Source: Hyphomicrobiales bacterium (GTDB taxonomy: Bacteria > Pseudomonadota > Alphaproteobacteria > Rhizobiales > Methyloligellaceae). From it: 64,000 nucleotides of DNA. The stretch is from positions 10,639-74,638 of the forward strand of contig JAJFHP010000046.1 in the NCBI GenBank assembly GCA_021775555.1, in the 5' to 3' direction. The notes under the pieces were generated by a model. The model had not been told where the DNA came from, searched no databases, and saw only the letters and a program-made list of their open reading frames with translations. The number at the start of each line of letters is the position of its first letter. The stretch's first letter is position 1. A program made the translations under genes and the position numbers. Positions 38,101 through 46,406 of the stretch are shown here, piece after piece.

Positions 38101-40025
38101 GCGAGAAAACACTGCTCAACGCGCACACTACAATCAGCCAGGTCAATTGCCTTGCCTTCCGGGTGCTCGAGGACCATGTCGTGATGCGACATCGCCTGCG
38201 TGTCGCCAGCACCTGTCGGTGCAACCCGGTAGGAGCGCTCGTCAATCACGGAGAACCCCATATTTTCGAGAACCGGAACACGCCGGCTCAGGGGGATTGG
38301 ACCATGGAGATGGTACAAAGCGACGCGCACACGATCAGGCCGGTCATCGGCCTCGCGGTAAAAATCAACCGCAACCGGGTTCACATCATCGAGTGCCTCG
38401 AACTGAGAGATGTCGCGAACGGCGCGTCCGGCCCCGAAGGCGGCCTGGTAGGCTGCCGTGAAGGCGCCACGGTATTTGCGCGCAAGAGACGCGCCAATCC
38501 GGCTGCCCGAACCGGTGAGTTCTTCGTCGAGCCGGTCATCCCAAGTGAGGACGATCTGCTCGATATTCTCATCAAGAAACGCCTGGTTGCGCACCGGGGT
38601 TTTTCCATCAGTACGACCGACAATGAAGTGGATGCGCACCAGCGGACCCTCGGGGAAGAAGGGGTAATAGGCCGACAGCCGCCCGTGGAATGTTTCGGCC
38701 AGAAACTTGCCGATATTGATGCGCACATTGGTTGAAAACCGGTCGCGCGGCACATAGACAATGACGGAGACAAAACGGTCAAATTCATCGATCCGGGCAA
38801 AGGCGCGCGCGCGTGGCCTCAGGTCAAGCGACTGTATGCCGATGGCGGTCTGGTACAGCTGATCGACGCCGATCTGAAACAACTCATCGCGGGGGAAAGT
38901 TTCCAGCACATTTTGCAGCGCCTTGCCGGTGTGCGAGTTCGCGGAATGACCGGAGCGATTGAGAACCACTTCAACCTTCTGGCGCAGGAAGGGTATGTTC
39001 TTGGTTGAGCGCGTATATGCGGTCGATGTAAACAGCCCGACGATCCGTAGCTCGCCCGATATCTCACCCTTGTCGCCATAAATCTTGACGCCGATATAAT
39101 CCATATAGGCGCGGCGGTGGACGCGCGAACGCACATTGGCCTTGGTCACTATCAGTGGCGCTGGTGCGAAAAAGAATTTCCTGATTTCAGGAGTCATGTG
39201 CATGGATTCATCGCCACGCTTCAGCACGTAGAGTTTGGGATCCCTCAATATTCCCAGGCCTGAACCCGTTACCGGCTTGAGACGACCCGTCTTGCGTCCC
39301 CCGACAAAGGAAAAGGCCCGCATTCCGAGCAGGGTAAAATTATTGTCGAGCAACCATTTCAGGAACTGGATGGATTCCGCAAGGTCGGCAACAGGCACCG
39401 AGGGCGGGGCCGTGGTGTAGGCCTCCACGGCGCTATCAAGCCGTTGCAGCATCGAACGCCAGTCATCGACGACGATCCTGACATCATCGAGAATGCTCTC
39501 CAGTGTCTTCTTGAGATCCTTGCGCTCCGCCTCGTCCGATATCCGCCCGACCTGGACGTGGATATAGCTTTCCTTGACCGCTTTATCCGACACAGGGTCA
39601 CCACTTCTGGTCAGCGATTTGAAATTGTGCTTTGCGTCCCTGGTAATTTTCAGCACGGGATGGAGCACAAGCTGAACGCGATAACCGCGCTCCTGGATTT
39701 CTCCGATGACGGAGTCCACCAGGAACGGCATATCCTCGTTCAGGACCTCGATGATCGTTACGTCGCCAAGTGGGCCGCCGTCATCAACTGGATTGTAAAT
39801 ATTCAGATTGTGGCTGCGGGGCTTGCGCTTTATCGCGAACTCCCACGCAGAGCGCACCAGCCGGCCAACCTCGTCAGCCGAGAATCCCTCGAAATCGCCA
39901 TCATGCGATCCGCGCAGAATGCCTTCGGCAAAGGCTGTCCTGGCCTTGCTGGCGCCTGATGATCCGAGAGTTTTCAGTACTGATTTGATGAATGGCCGTT
40001 GTTTTGACCGCGCAGACCCTGCCAT
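35190..40025 (-). CDS. NAD-specific glutamate dehydrogenase, large (about 180 kDa) class
   Basis: 1611-aa ORF. Catalytic core with GGLRWSDR, KGGFV and VAADKGTATFSD motifs. Confidence 0.9.
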   Translation of the reverse strand: MAGSARSKQRPFIKSVLKTLGSSGASKARTAFAEGILRGSHDGDFEGFSADEVGRLVRSAWEFAIKRKPRSHNLNIYNPVDDGGPLGDVTIIEVLNEDMPFLVDSVIGEIQERGYRVQLVLHPVLKITRDAKHNFKSLTRSGDPVSDKAVKESYIHVQVGRISDEAERKDLKKTLESILDDVRIVVDDWRSMLQRLDSAVEAYTTAPPSVPVADLAESIQFLKWLLDNNFTLLGMRAFSFVGGRKTGRLKPVTGSGLGILRDPKLYVLKRGDESMHMTPEIRKFFFAPAPLIVTKANVRSRVHRRAYMDYIGVKIYGDKGEISGELRIVGLFTSTAYTRSTKNIPFLRQKVEVVLNRSGHSANSHTGKALQNVLETFPRDELFQIGVDQLYQTAIGIQSLDLRPRARAFARIDEFDRFVSVIVYVPRDRFSTNVRINIGKFLAETFHGRLSAYYPFFPEGPLVRIHFIVGRTDGKTPVRNQAFLDENIEQIVLTWDDRLDEELTGSGSRIGASLARKYRGAFTAAYQAAFGAGRAVRDISQFEALDDVNPVAVDFYREADDRPDRVRVALYHLHGPIPLSRRVPVLENMGFSVIDERSYRVAPTGAGDTQAMSHHDMVLEHPEGKAIDLADCSVRVEQCFLAVWRGIAGSDAFNKLVLNAGLDWREAAVIRAYGSYLRQIGVAFGQAYLADTMLNHAVITRKLMAMFRTMFDPANGKTIEARRKAVRPHVSAIETALNDIPSLDEDRIIRHHLNLVQSTLRTNFYQRGEGGGPLPAISFKFDSENVDGAPHPRPIAEIFVFSTEVEGLHLRGGRIARGGLRWSDRAQDFRTEVLGLAKAQQVKNVVIVPAGSKGGFVPKYLWQATNRDEFMKIGIAAYQKFIKNLLLLTDNLDGKKVIPPKDTVRFDGDDPYLVVAADKGTATFSDFANEISVNHGFWLGDAFASGGSVGYDHKKMGITARGGWESVKRHFREIDWDIQTTPFRVIGVGDMSGDVFGNGMLLSKEIQLVVAFDHRDIFIDPDPDPASSWKERDRLFKKGRSSWQDYNKKFISKGGGIFSRAAKSIRLNPQIKQITGIEANDVTPNDLIRALLKSSFDLLWFGGIGTYVGGAIESDEQIGDRANDAIRVKASELNVKAIGEGANLGMTQDARIEFARAGGRVNTDAIDNSAGVNSSDQEVNIKIAMGAAIAAGKLTLDERNVFLPKMTDEVAEACLENNYLQTLAISLAERRGASDLSFQQRLMKDLEISGLLDRELEFLPDDMEISELQQQQLSLTRPELAVLLAYAKIDLYEALVDSKVPDDPYFVRELESYFPKTLLKNYPEEIASHRLRREIIATQLTNAVINRGGASMPVRLREETGHGADEVVMAFAAAQAIFGLEELFSDIDRLDNKIPGEMQLDLYLRVQDLVRMQTAWFLRHVSLKKGLTGEIDTFRNGLAQLSKSLNSILTASHKESMRQDMDALKGAGLPAPLARKLAELRFMDDAPDMVLVAHAVKRPVLEIASVHFDLAAFFRLDELKDISQRLLLTDYFDRLAINSAMSAMADAQRSVAQEVVRNASGKKANFQKWYQANALQADRTKRALNEILDGDEASLSRLMVAVGHLRDLSPS

Positions 40026-40244
40026 GAACTCGCCCCGTTATCTGTTACAGATGAGACGCAATACCTAGACGCACGAATGTGGCTCAGCCCACATCGCGAG
40101 ATACCGCAGACAGTGACCCGCAGACCATCTGTTGACAAGAGAAAATGATGCGTAAAACACAAGCACTGACACCTGAAACGAGCCAGTGCAGGCCAATGCA
40201 TTGAGTGCCCCTGTAAATCAGGTCAAATGCAATCGCGATATGGG

Positions 40245-40529
40245 CTAGTCCGCTTTGTTATAAAGCGCTGCGTCCTCGGCTTTTTTCAAAATTGCCAACG
40301 CCTTATCGAAAGCTTCCGTGGCCTCTTCCTTCTTGCCGCCTTCAAGTGCCGAGCGCCCGCCGGCAATTGCAGCATCCAGGTCGATTTTTTGCTGTGTTGT
40401 GAAGGGGAGTTTTTCCGCCATCGCCTCCTCAATGGCTACCAGTTGCTCCTCCGGTGTACCCGGTCCAAAGCAGCCGGCCAGTAGCAGACTTGCCGCAAGT
40501 GTGATCGCGCGAAGCGGGGTAGCTATCAT
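40245..40529 (-). CDS. small lipoprotein
   Basis: Lipobox LLLAGC after a signal peptide. 94 aa, helical and Ala/Glu-rich. Confidence 0.6.
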   Translation of the reverse strand: MIATPLRAITLAASLLLAGCFGPGTPEEQLVAIEEAMAEKLPFTTQQKIDLDAAIAGGRSALEGGKKEEATEAFDKALAILKKAEDAALYNKAD

Positions 40530-40611
40530 CGGTATTCCTTTCGTAACTGAAACCTTGTGGGTGAATAGAGGCTATCACCCATGCTGACCAGTTGGCTTTG
40601 GTATAAGCCCC

Positions 40612-41235
40612 TCACTCCAGAACAATCAGGTGGTTGGGGAGTTCGTTCTTGTTCCGGTTGCTCGGAGGGAAATGTTTTGCCAGTACCCCGCCGCACAACT
40701 CAATAGCGCTGACGAACCCGTCCGCCACCTCATCTCGGGCGATATCTGCGGCAAGCCCTTCAACGGCCTCGTCCCAGATTTCGGGGGAAACTTTTTTATA
40801 TATGCCCTCATCAGCAATGACTTCAGCGAAACGTTCCGCCTCCGAGACAAAGATAAGCACGCCGGTGCGCCCCTTGGTGGTGTGGAGATTGTGCGCCAGG
40901 AACTGTTCCATGGCGTGGCGGTGGGCACGGGCGCGTTTCACCGCCCTTGGAACCAGAGCGATGCGAAGCGGCCACCATTGCACGGCCAGGGCAAGCGCCG
41001 CGAAGACGGCTATTTGCGCGGCGTATACATATGTTGATGGCCAGGGCCAGGGAGCCAAGGTGAAAAACATAAATGGCACGGCAAGCGCCACCAGAGCTGC
41101 CCACATGATTGGCAGGAATCTGTAGTCGTCGCTTGAGCCAGCCACCACGGCGACAATCTCGCCACTGGTTTTCTTTTCAGCCGAAGATATTGCGCGGGCA
41201 ATTCGCTTGCGGTCTTTCATCGAGATAAAGTCCAT
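40612..41235 (-). CDS. TPM (TLP18.3/Psb32/MOLO-1) domain membrane protein
   Basis: Start at MDFISMKD. AISSAEKKTSGEIVAVV, two TM segments, then GVLIFVSEAERFAEVIADEG. Confidence 0.75.
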   Translation of the reverse strand: MDFISMKDRKRIARAISSAEKKTSGEIVAVVAGSSDDYRFLPIMWAALVALAVPFMFFTLAPWPWPSTYVYAAQIAVFAALALAVQWWPLRIALVPRAVKRARAHRHAMEQFLAHNLHTTKGRTGVLIFVSEAERFAEVIADEGIYKKVSPEIWDEAVEGLAADIARDEVADGFVSAIELCGGVLAKHFPPSNRNKNELPNHLIVLE

Positions 41236-41239
41236 GTCC

Positions 41240-42061
41240 CTACCAGCCTCCCGACGAACCGCCGCCGCCAAATCCGCCACCACCGCCGGAGAAACCGCCG
41301 CCGCCCGATGACCAGCCACCGCCAGATGATCCGCCAGAGCCCCATGTCCAGTCGCTCGACCCCTTTTTCTTGCCCGAGCCGGTGGCTGAGTTACCATGAC
41401 GGATTGACTGGATGATGCTCAAAATGATGATAAATAAAATGATGAACCAGATGATGATGAACAACTTCTCGAAGAAATCCATCTCCTGATGAGGCTCCAG
41501 CGCTCTCGCCTTCAATTCTTCCGCGTCTCCCCTGAGCACGGCAATTATGTCGCTGACACCGGCCGCGATGCCGCCGGAGAAATCTTTAGTTCGGAAGCGG
41601 GGAAGAATACCGTTTTCGATAATTAATCTGGTCAGCGCGTCGGTGAGCAACGGCTCCAGCCCGCGTCCGACCTCGATGCGCACCTTGCGCTCGTTGGGTG
41701 CGACGATCAAAAGAACCCCATTGTCTTTGTTCTTCTGGCCGATGCCCCAATGCCGCCCAAGCTGGTAGCCGAAATCCTCAATTTCATAGCCTTGCAGGGA
41801 TGGCAGCGTGACAACAACGAGCTGGTCGGTTGATTCAGCTTCGAGAGCCTCCAGATCGGATATGATCTGGGCTTGTTCCGCCGCGCTTAACAGGCCGGCA
41901 TTATCGACCACACGACCTGTCAGTTCGGGGAATTTCGGTTCAGCCGAAACTGCCGTTACGCTGAAGAGAAGACACCCCGCTGCCAGCAATAACCAGACAA
42001 GAAAAACACCTCGCAGCACGGATGTGCATATTCTCGTCGGTGATGCCGGCTGGACCGACAT
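41240..42061 (-). CDS. TPM domain protein (YgcG-like) with Gly-rich tail
   Basis: LTGRVVDNAGLLS, DQLVVVTLPSLQG, GVLLIVAPNERKVRIEVG, a TM segment, then a GGSSGGGWSSGGGGFSGGGGGFGGGG tail. Confidence 0.8.
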   Translation of the reverse strand: MSVQPASPTRICTSVLRGVFLVWLLLAAGCLLFSVTAVSAEPKFPELTGRVVDNAGLLSAAEQAQIISDLEALEAESTDQLVVVTLPSLQGYEIEDFGYQLGRHWGIGQKNKDNGVLLIVAPNERKVRIEVGRGLEPLLTDALTRLIIENGILPRFRTKDFSGGIAAGVSDIIAVLRGDAEELKARALEPHQEMDFFEKLFIIIWFIILFIIILSIIQSIRHGNSATGSGKKKGSSDWTWGSGGSSGGGWSSGGGGFSGGGGGFGGGGSSGGW

Positions 42062-42065
42062 GAGA

Positions 42066-42686
42066 TCAGAATTTTACCTTGGGAAGCTTTGTTTTATCCG
42101 GCTCCACGGTGAATGTCTCCAATGGTTGAGACTCAGGATAGAGCAGTGCCTTCCACCAGCGCCCGGGTATGGTCCTCAACTCGGTGTTGTAAACACGCAC
42201 GGAATTTATGTAGTCGCGCCGCGACACAGCTATCCGGTTTTCGGTGCCCTCAAGTTGCGATTGCAGGGTCAGAAAATTCTGGTTTGATTTGATGTCGGGA
42301 TAGCGCTCCACGACCACGAGCAGCCGCCCCAGGGCGCCGGAGAGCTGGCCCTGGGCCTGCTGGAATTTCTGGAACGCTTCCGGATTGGTCAGAATATCAT
42401 CAGGCAGCTTGGTCTGCGTGGCCTTGGCGCGCGCCTCGACAACATCTGTCAGAACCTTGCGTTCCTGCTCGGCAAACCCTTTTACCGTCTCAACCAGATT
42501 GGGTATGAGGTCGGCGCGGCGCTGATACTGGTTCAGGACCTCGCTCCAGGATGCCTTGGCCTTTTCATCGAAGGTTGGAATATTGTTGATGCCGCAGCCA
42601 GAAAGCAGCGCGCCTAACAATGCGATCATCGCCAATCCCGCGAACCGGGACAAGCCCGTACGAAGGGTTTCAATTTGAGCAGTCAT
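42066..42686 (-). CDS. lemA: LemA family protein
   Basis: Lipoprotein-like N-terminus (LLSGC). EVLNQYQRRADLIPNLVETVKG...ERYPDLKSNQNF-type pattern. Confidence 0.88.
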   Translation of the reverse strand: MTAQIETLRTGLSRFAGLAMIALLGALLSGCGINNIPTFDEKAKASWSEVLNQYQRRADLIPNLVETVKGFAEQERKVLTDVVEARAKATQTKLPDDILTNPEAFQKFQQAQGQLSGALGRLLVVVERYPDIKSNQNFLTLQSQLEGTENRIAVSRRDYINSVRVYNTELRTIPGRWWKALLYPESQPLETFTVEPDKTKLPKVKF

Positions 42687-42951
42687 GTCGGTGTCCTCCG
42701 CGCATCAATATACTAATATTCTATACGCGATTTATGGGCGTTCGGGAGCCGATGCAAGTTTAAACCATCCTTGCCGCAACACTGCATGGTGGGCAAACCC
42801 TCGTTTCCCGAGCTGTTTATGGTTAATGCAACCCTGACGGTAACCTTTACGATTCAACCAAATTTAACGTTGGACTGATATTTGCTTTAGTGGGGCAAAC
42901 GCACTTTTGATGGTGCGGTTTGTTACGCGTATCAGTGAGGGAGTATCTTAA

Positions 42952-43659
42952 ATGTTCGTCCGTTCTTTAGCCTTAGTCGGCGCGGCGGCCGCTTTTGTAG
43001 CCGTTAACATCGCCGATGCCGACGCCTTCTTCCGGGGGCACCGGGGAGGCAAAATCGTTAATTGCTATAAAAGAGTTATGACACCCGCCGTCTACAAGAC
43101 GGTGATGAAACGGGTGATGGTGCGCCCGGCCAGTTGTTCGCAATACCGCACGCCCGCCACTTATGGCACCGTTGCTCAACAGGTCATGGTGCAACCCGCC
43201 CAACAGGTTGTGCATTCCAAACCGGCTGTTTACGGACGTGTCCAGGTGACTAAGCAGGTCAGACCGGCCCGTACCCGCTGGATGCGTAGCCGTTGCCATG
43301 GCGGTGGTTACCGCTGCTCGGTCACCACACCGGCAAAATACCGCACCAGGTCAAAGCGCGTTATGATGCAGCCTTCGCAGAACTGGGTCGAGACACGGCC
43401 CGCAGTCATGGGCACGGTAAACAAGCAGGTTATGCTCAGTGCCGGTACCGTGAAGCAGACGTGCCAGCCAGCGGTTTACCAGACGGTGGCCCAGCGCGTC
43501 CTTGTGAGTCCCGGTACTGACCAGTGGGTTCCGGCCCAGCACACCGGGCATTCCTACACATATCATCAGACCCCGCACAGCGCGCCGGTCTACAGACAGC
43601 CGGTGCACCATCAGCCAATGCATCACCAACCGACGCACCACCCGGCACCGCTCAAGTAA
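42952..43659 (+). CDS. secreted repeat protein A (six approx. 23-aa P-A-x-Y-x-T-V repeats, His/Pro/Gln-rich tail)
   Basis: Signal peptide MFVRSLALVGAAAAFVAVNIADA. Repeats PAVYKTVMKRVMVRPA / PATYGTVAQQVMVQPA / PAVYGRVQVTKQVRPA / PAKYRTRSKRVMMQPS / PAVMGTVNKQVMLSAG / PAVYQTVAQRVLVSPG. RBS GAGGGAG. Confidence 0.7.
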   Translation: MFVRSLALVGAAAAFVAVNIADADAFFRGHRGGKIVNCYKRVMTPAVYKTVMKRVMVRPASCSQYRTPATYGTVAQQVMVQPAQQVVHSKPAVYGRVQVTKQVRPARTRWMRSRCHGGGYRCSVTTPAKYRTRSKRVMMQPSQNWVETRPAVMGTVNKQVMLSAGTVKQTCQPAVYQTVAQRVLVSPGTDQWVPAQHTGHSYTYHQTPHSAPVYRQPVHHQPMHHQPTHHPAPLK

Positions 43660-43701
43660 CGCCGTCATCGGCAACTGAGTGAAAAAGTATAGTGTTTAAA
43701 G

Positions 43702-43740
43702 GGCAGCGCGCTCATCCCGGGTGCGCTGTCTTTCTTTTTC
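43702..43740 (+). terminator. rho-independent terminator candidate after repeat protein A
   Basis: Stem GGCAGCGC/GCGCTGTC with a 13-nt loop, followed by TTTCTTTTTC. Confidence 0.5.
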
Positions 43741-44060
43741 GATTCATCTTCTGAAAGAGCACCATTGCTATCGTTCAGTAATGGTAGCTGCCCCGGGATT
43801 TTGCCATTCATCAGACCTTCTGCACCGATGGTACTAAACCCGATCACCCGGTCCAGTATAGCGGATCTGCTCAATTTGCCCCCTTGAACAAGACTGAATC
43901 TGATTTCAGAATATCCATCAGTAAAATACACCGGATTTTTGCTTAAATTTGAATATTTTGAGTTATTTATTGAAGTGTGTTTGTATATTTGCAATTGTTG
44001 CTTTGCTGAAAAAATTATACAAGATAATTTTGAATATAGGTACAAATTTGGGGAAGCAAA

Positions 44061-44867
44061 ATGAGTGAACCGATTCCAGGCTATACTTCTTCTGCACCAA
44101 CGGAACAGGGAACAAATTATTTTTACACAGGCTATTCCGCGGGAGACGCGGTAATGGCTGCTACTGTTCGCGCGCAATTGGCCTCTACTCAACAGCGCGA
44201 AAATCAGGTGGCCAATCTGGCACGGAAATTATCCGGAGGTCCCGAGATTGATCCCATTTTAACCACAGCCATAATTGCCGCCATCATCGGCGGGGTTGGG
44301 GTTACGGTAGCTGCTGCGGGTGTCGCGGCTACTGCTGCGAGTGCTGGAACAAGTGTTGCCAGTATGGCGATGCAAGGCGAGGCAACAAACCTCAGCGCAA
44401 TGGAAATCAATGTACATAATGATACCGCGGCGCCGCTCGTTAACGTCTCCTATACGAATGGCGGGTGTTCCGTCGCGTCCTCCTGCCGGCCATTGCTGCC
44501 AGGCGGTTCCACCAGTGTCGAAATTATGCAACCTGGAGGTTTCGATAGCAGTTCTTACATCACTCTGACGTTTATCATTGGCGGTGGCACTTATGAGAAA
44601 GACGGCACCCGATCAATCATTGATTCCGTGGAGGCGGTGCTGACTTTACAATATGAGAGTGATGACTGGGACCCCGCATATGCGATCGACGACAATGACA
44701 TCTACTATTCTGATGACAATGCCCAGGGACTCACGGCGCTCTATTTTGAACCGACCCCGGAATTAAATATACTGCCATTCACGTTGGCGTCCTACAAAGT
44801 TCAAAAGAGCCAGGCGAGCATAGATGTTCTGTTCCTGCCTGCCGCTGCAACACTGTCGGAAGCCTAG
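44061..44867 (+). CDS. hypothetical protein: N-terminal soluble part, one Ala/Gly/Ile-rich TM, C-terminal beta-rich domain
   Basis: 268-aa ORF. GGGGAAG RBS 4 nt before the ATG. TM ILTTAIIAAIIGGVGVTVAAAGVAATAASAG. No family recognised. Confidence 0.55.
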   Translation: MSEPIPGYTSSAPTEQGTNYFYTGYSAGDAVMAATVRAQLASTQQRENQVANLARKLSGGPEIDPILTTAIIAAIIGGVGVTVAAAGVAATAASAGTSVASMAMQGEATNLSAMEINVHNDTAAPLVNVSYTNGGCSVASSCRPLLPGGSTSVEIMQPGGFDSSSYITLTFIIGGGTYEKDGTRSIIDSVEAVLTLQYESDDWDPAYAIDDNDIYYSDDNAQGLTALYFEPTPELNILPFTLASYKVQKSQASIDVLFLPAAATLSEA

Positions 44868-45317
44868 GTCTGTAATCCTGCCGGCTCACCGGCATCTCGA
44901 TTCCGAGTTCTGTGAATTCCATTGCTGTTTTGCCATTGATCAAGTCTATCGGCTCGGGGAACGTAGCATCCACCATAAAACGGGCGGTGCGTTTATATAT
45001 AACGTGCTGCCCTTTTATTTCCGGTGTTCATGTTGAATCGTACTCTGGACCGTTTACCCAGAATCAAACTCTTGCATGACCACCCGTTTTTTTGCAGTAA
45101 TGTCCCTATTGTCGTAACAGCGACACTTGGTTTGTGGGGCGCAAAACCAGTTTCTGGTGATGCAGCTAAGATAACCGGTGGCAGGTTACGGAATGCTGGT
45201 TGGGGGCCCATCCGGCTGAGCGAGGCGGCGATCTGCAGTTGCAGAGCGTCATTTCGTGTGACTGATTTTCAAAAAAGATGCGGCAAAAGACTCGAGTGAA
45301 ACAGGGAGTATTTGCGT

Positions 45318-46229
45318 ATGTTTGCCCGATTTTTTGCCTTTATCGGCGCTTTTGCGATGTTAGCGCTCATCGCAGGCACCGAGACTAAGGCCACCGGCCT
45401 AGGTCACAAGATGACCCGCGGTCATCACGTAAAGGTGGTACGTGTCCATAAACCAAGGACGCGCGTCTGCCACAAGCGGGTGCACACAGCACCCGTCTAT
45501 AAAACCGTCATGGTCAAGGTTCGTGTTTCGCATCGCAGATGCGAGCGTCATCACACACCCGCCGTCTATGGCACCAACGAAAAGACCGTAATCATACGGC
45601 GCGCCCGCACAAAGCGTCACCATTCACGTGCGGTCTACACCACCAAGACGAAAACTGTCGTCGTGCGCCCCGAGCGCACACGGACCCACCGTTCGCGTCC
45701 CGTTTATGGACATGAAACGAAAACCGTCGTCGTGCGCCCTGAGCGTACGCGCACGCATCGTTCGCGTCCCGTTTACAAGCGCGTTTCCGAAAAGGTTATG
45801 GTCCGTCCGGCATCAACAAGAACGCGCCACAGCCTGCTGCATCGCGGACGTAAACCTGTGACGGTTACGATTCCTGCGCGCTATCGCAGCAAGCACAGCC
45901 GCGTTCTCGTGACGCCTGCGAAGACCTGGACATCGAAGATCCCGGCACGCACGGCCGAGCGCAGGTATCGTGTGCTCGTGACGCCTGCGAAGACCTGGAC
46001 TTCAAAAATCCCGGCACGCACGGCTGAACGCCGTTATCGCGAACTGGTTACACCGGCCAAACGCTGGACGACCACAACTCCGGAACAGACGGGCACACGC
46101 AGCTACCGTGTGCGCATCTCACCAGCCAAGCGCTGGAAGACCTGCAAGGGTCCGGAATACAAGATGGTCGAGCGCAAGGTCCGGGTCAGTCGCGGCCACA
46201 GCAAACGCGTTGTGGTCAAGTGCAGCTAA
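45318..46229 (+). CDS. secreted repeat protein B (about ten 23-aa repeats, extremely Arg/Lys/His-rich), paralog of protein A
   Basis: Signal peptide MFARFFAFIGAFAMLALIAGTETKA. Repeats such as RPVYGHETKTVVVRPERTRTHRS and PARTAERRYRVLVTPAKTWTSKI. RBS AGGGAG 8 nt before ATG 45318. Confidence 0.7.
   Translation: MFARFFAFIGAFAMLALIAGTETKATGLGHKMTRGHHVKVVRVHKPRTRVCHKRVHTAPVYKTVMVKVRVSHRRCERHHTPAVYGTNEKTVIIRRARTKRHHSRAVYTTKTKTVVVRPERTRTHRSRPVYGHETKTVVVRPERTRTHRSRPVYKRVSEKVMVRPASTRTRHSLLHRGRKPVTVTIPARYRSKHSRVLVTPAKTWTSKIPARTAERRYRVLVTPAKTWTSKIPARTAERRYRELVTPAKRWTTTTPEQTGTRSYRVRISPAKRWKTCKGPEYKMVERKVRVSRGHSKRVVVKCS
45651..45788 (+). repeat. 2 x 69-bp in-frame tandem repeat inside protein B
   Basis: Units 45651-45719 and 45720-45788 both encode KTVVVRPERTRTHRSRPVY. 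Confidence 0.9.
45906..46112 (+). repeat. 3 x 69-bp in-frame tandem repeat inside protein B (third unit diverged)
   Basis: Units start at 45906, 45975 and 46044. The first two encode LVTPAKTWTSKIPARTAERRYR identically. Confidence 0.9.
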
Positions 46230-46280
46230 CACTTTGATCCACGCAGCAGGCCGAAATGACCCGGTTTGCCTCAATTTTTC

Positions 46281-46314
46281 AGCGGCGCGTCATAACTGGC
46301 GCGCCGCTTTTTAT
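46281..46314 (+). terminator. rho-independent terminator after repeat protein B
   Basis: Perfect 9-bp stem AGCGGCGCG / CGCGCCGCT with a 10-nt loop, followed by TTTTTAT. Confidence 0.7.
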
Positions 46315-46406
46315 GTGAGATTTTACCAGGATTTGATCCTTTGAAATTCCACTTATTAACGCCAGTGATTCACACTCCGTGAACCCTATTTGACGACAAT
46401 GTCCGG

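Noticed and set aside
41240-41340. GGN/CCG-rich DNA (ccgccgccgcc...) that looks like a microsatellite.
   Set aside because: It is the in-frame coding sequence of the poly-Gly tail of the TPM protein, not an independent repeat element.
43665-44192. 175-aa minus-strand ORF across the AT-rich spacer, overlapping the start of the 44061 gene.
   Set aside because: The translation is low-complexity and AT-driven (runs of Ser, Asn, Lys, Ile, Tyr). It runs through the terminator hairpin of protein A and overlaps a better-supported ORF with an RBS.
45024-45299. 91-aa ORF in the 450-bp gap upstream of repeat protein B.
   Set aside because: It has no RBS, no motif and odd composition. I treat the region as non-coding or unknown (see the finding on 43741-45317).
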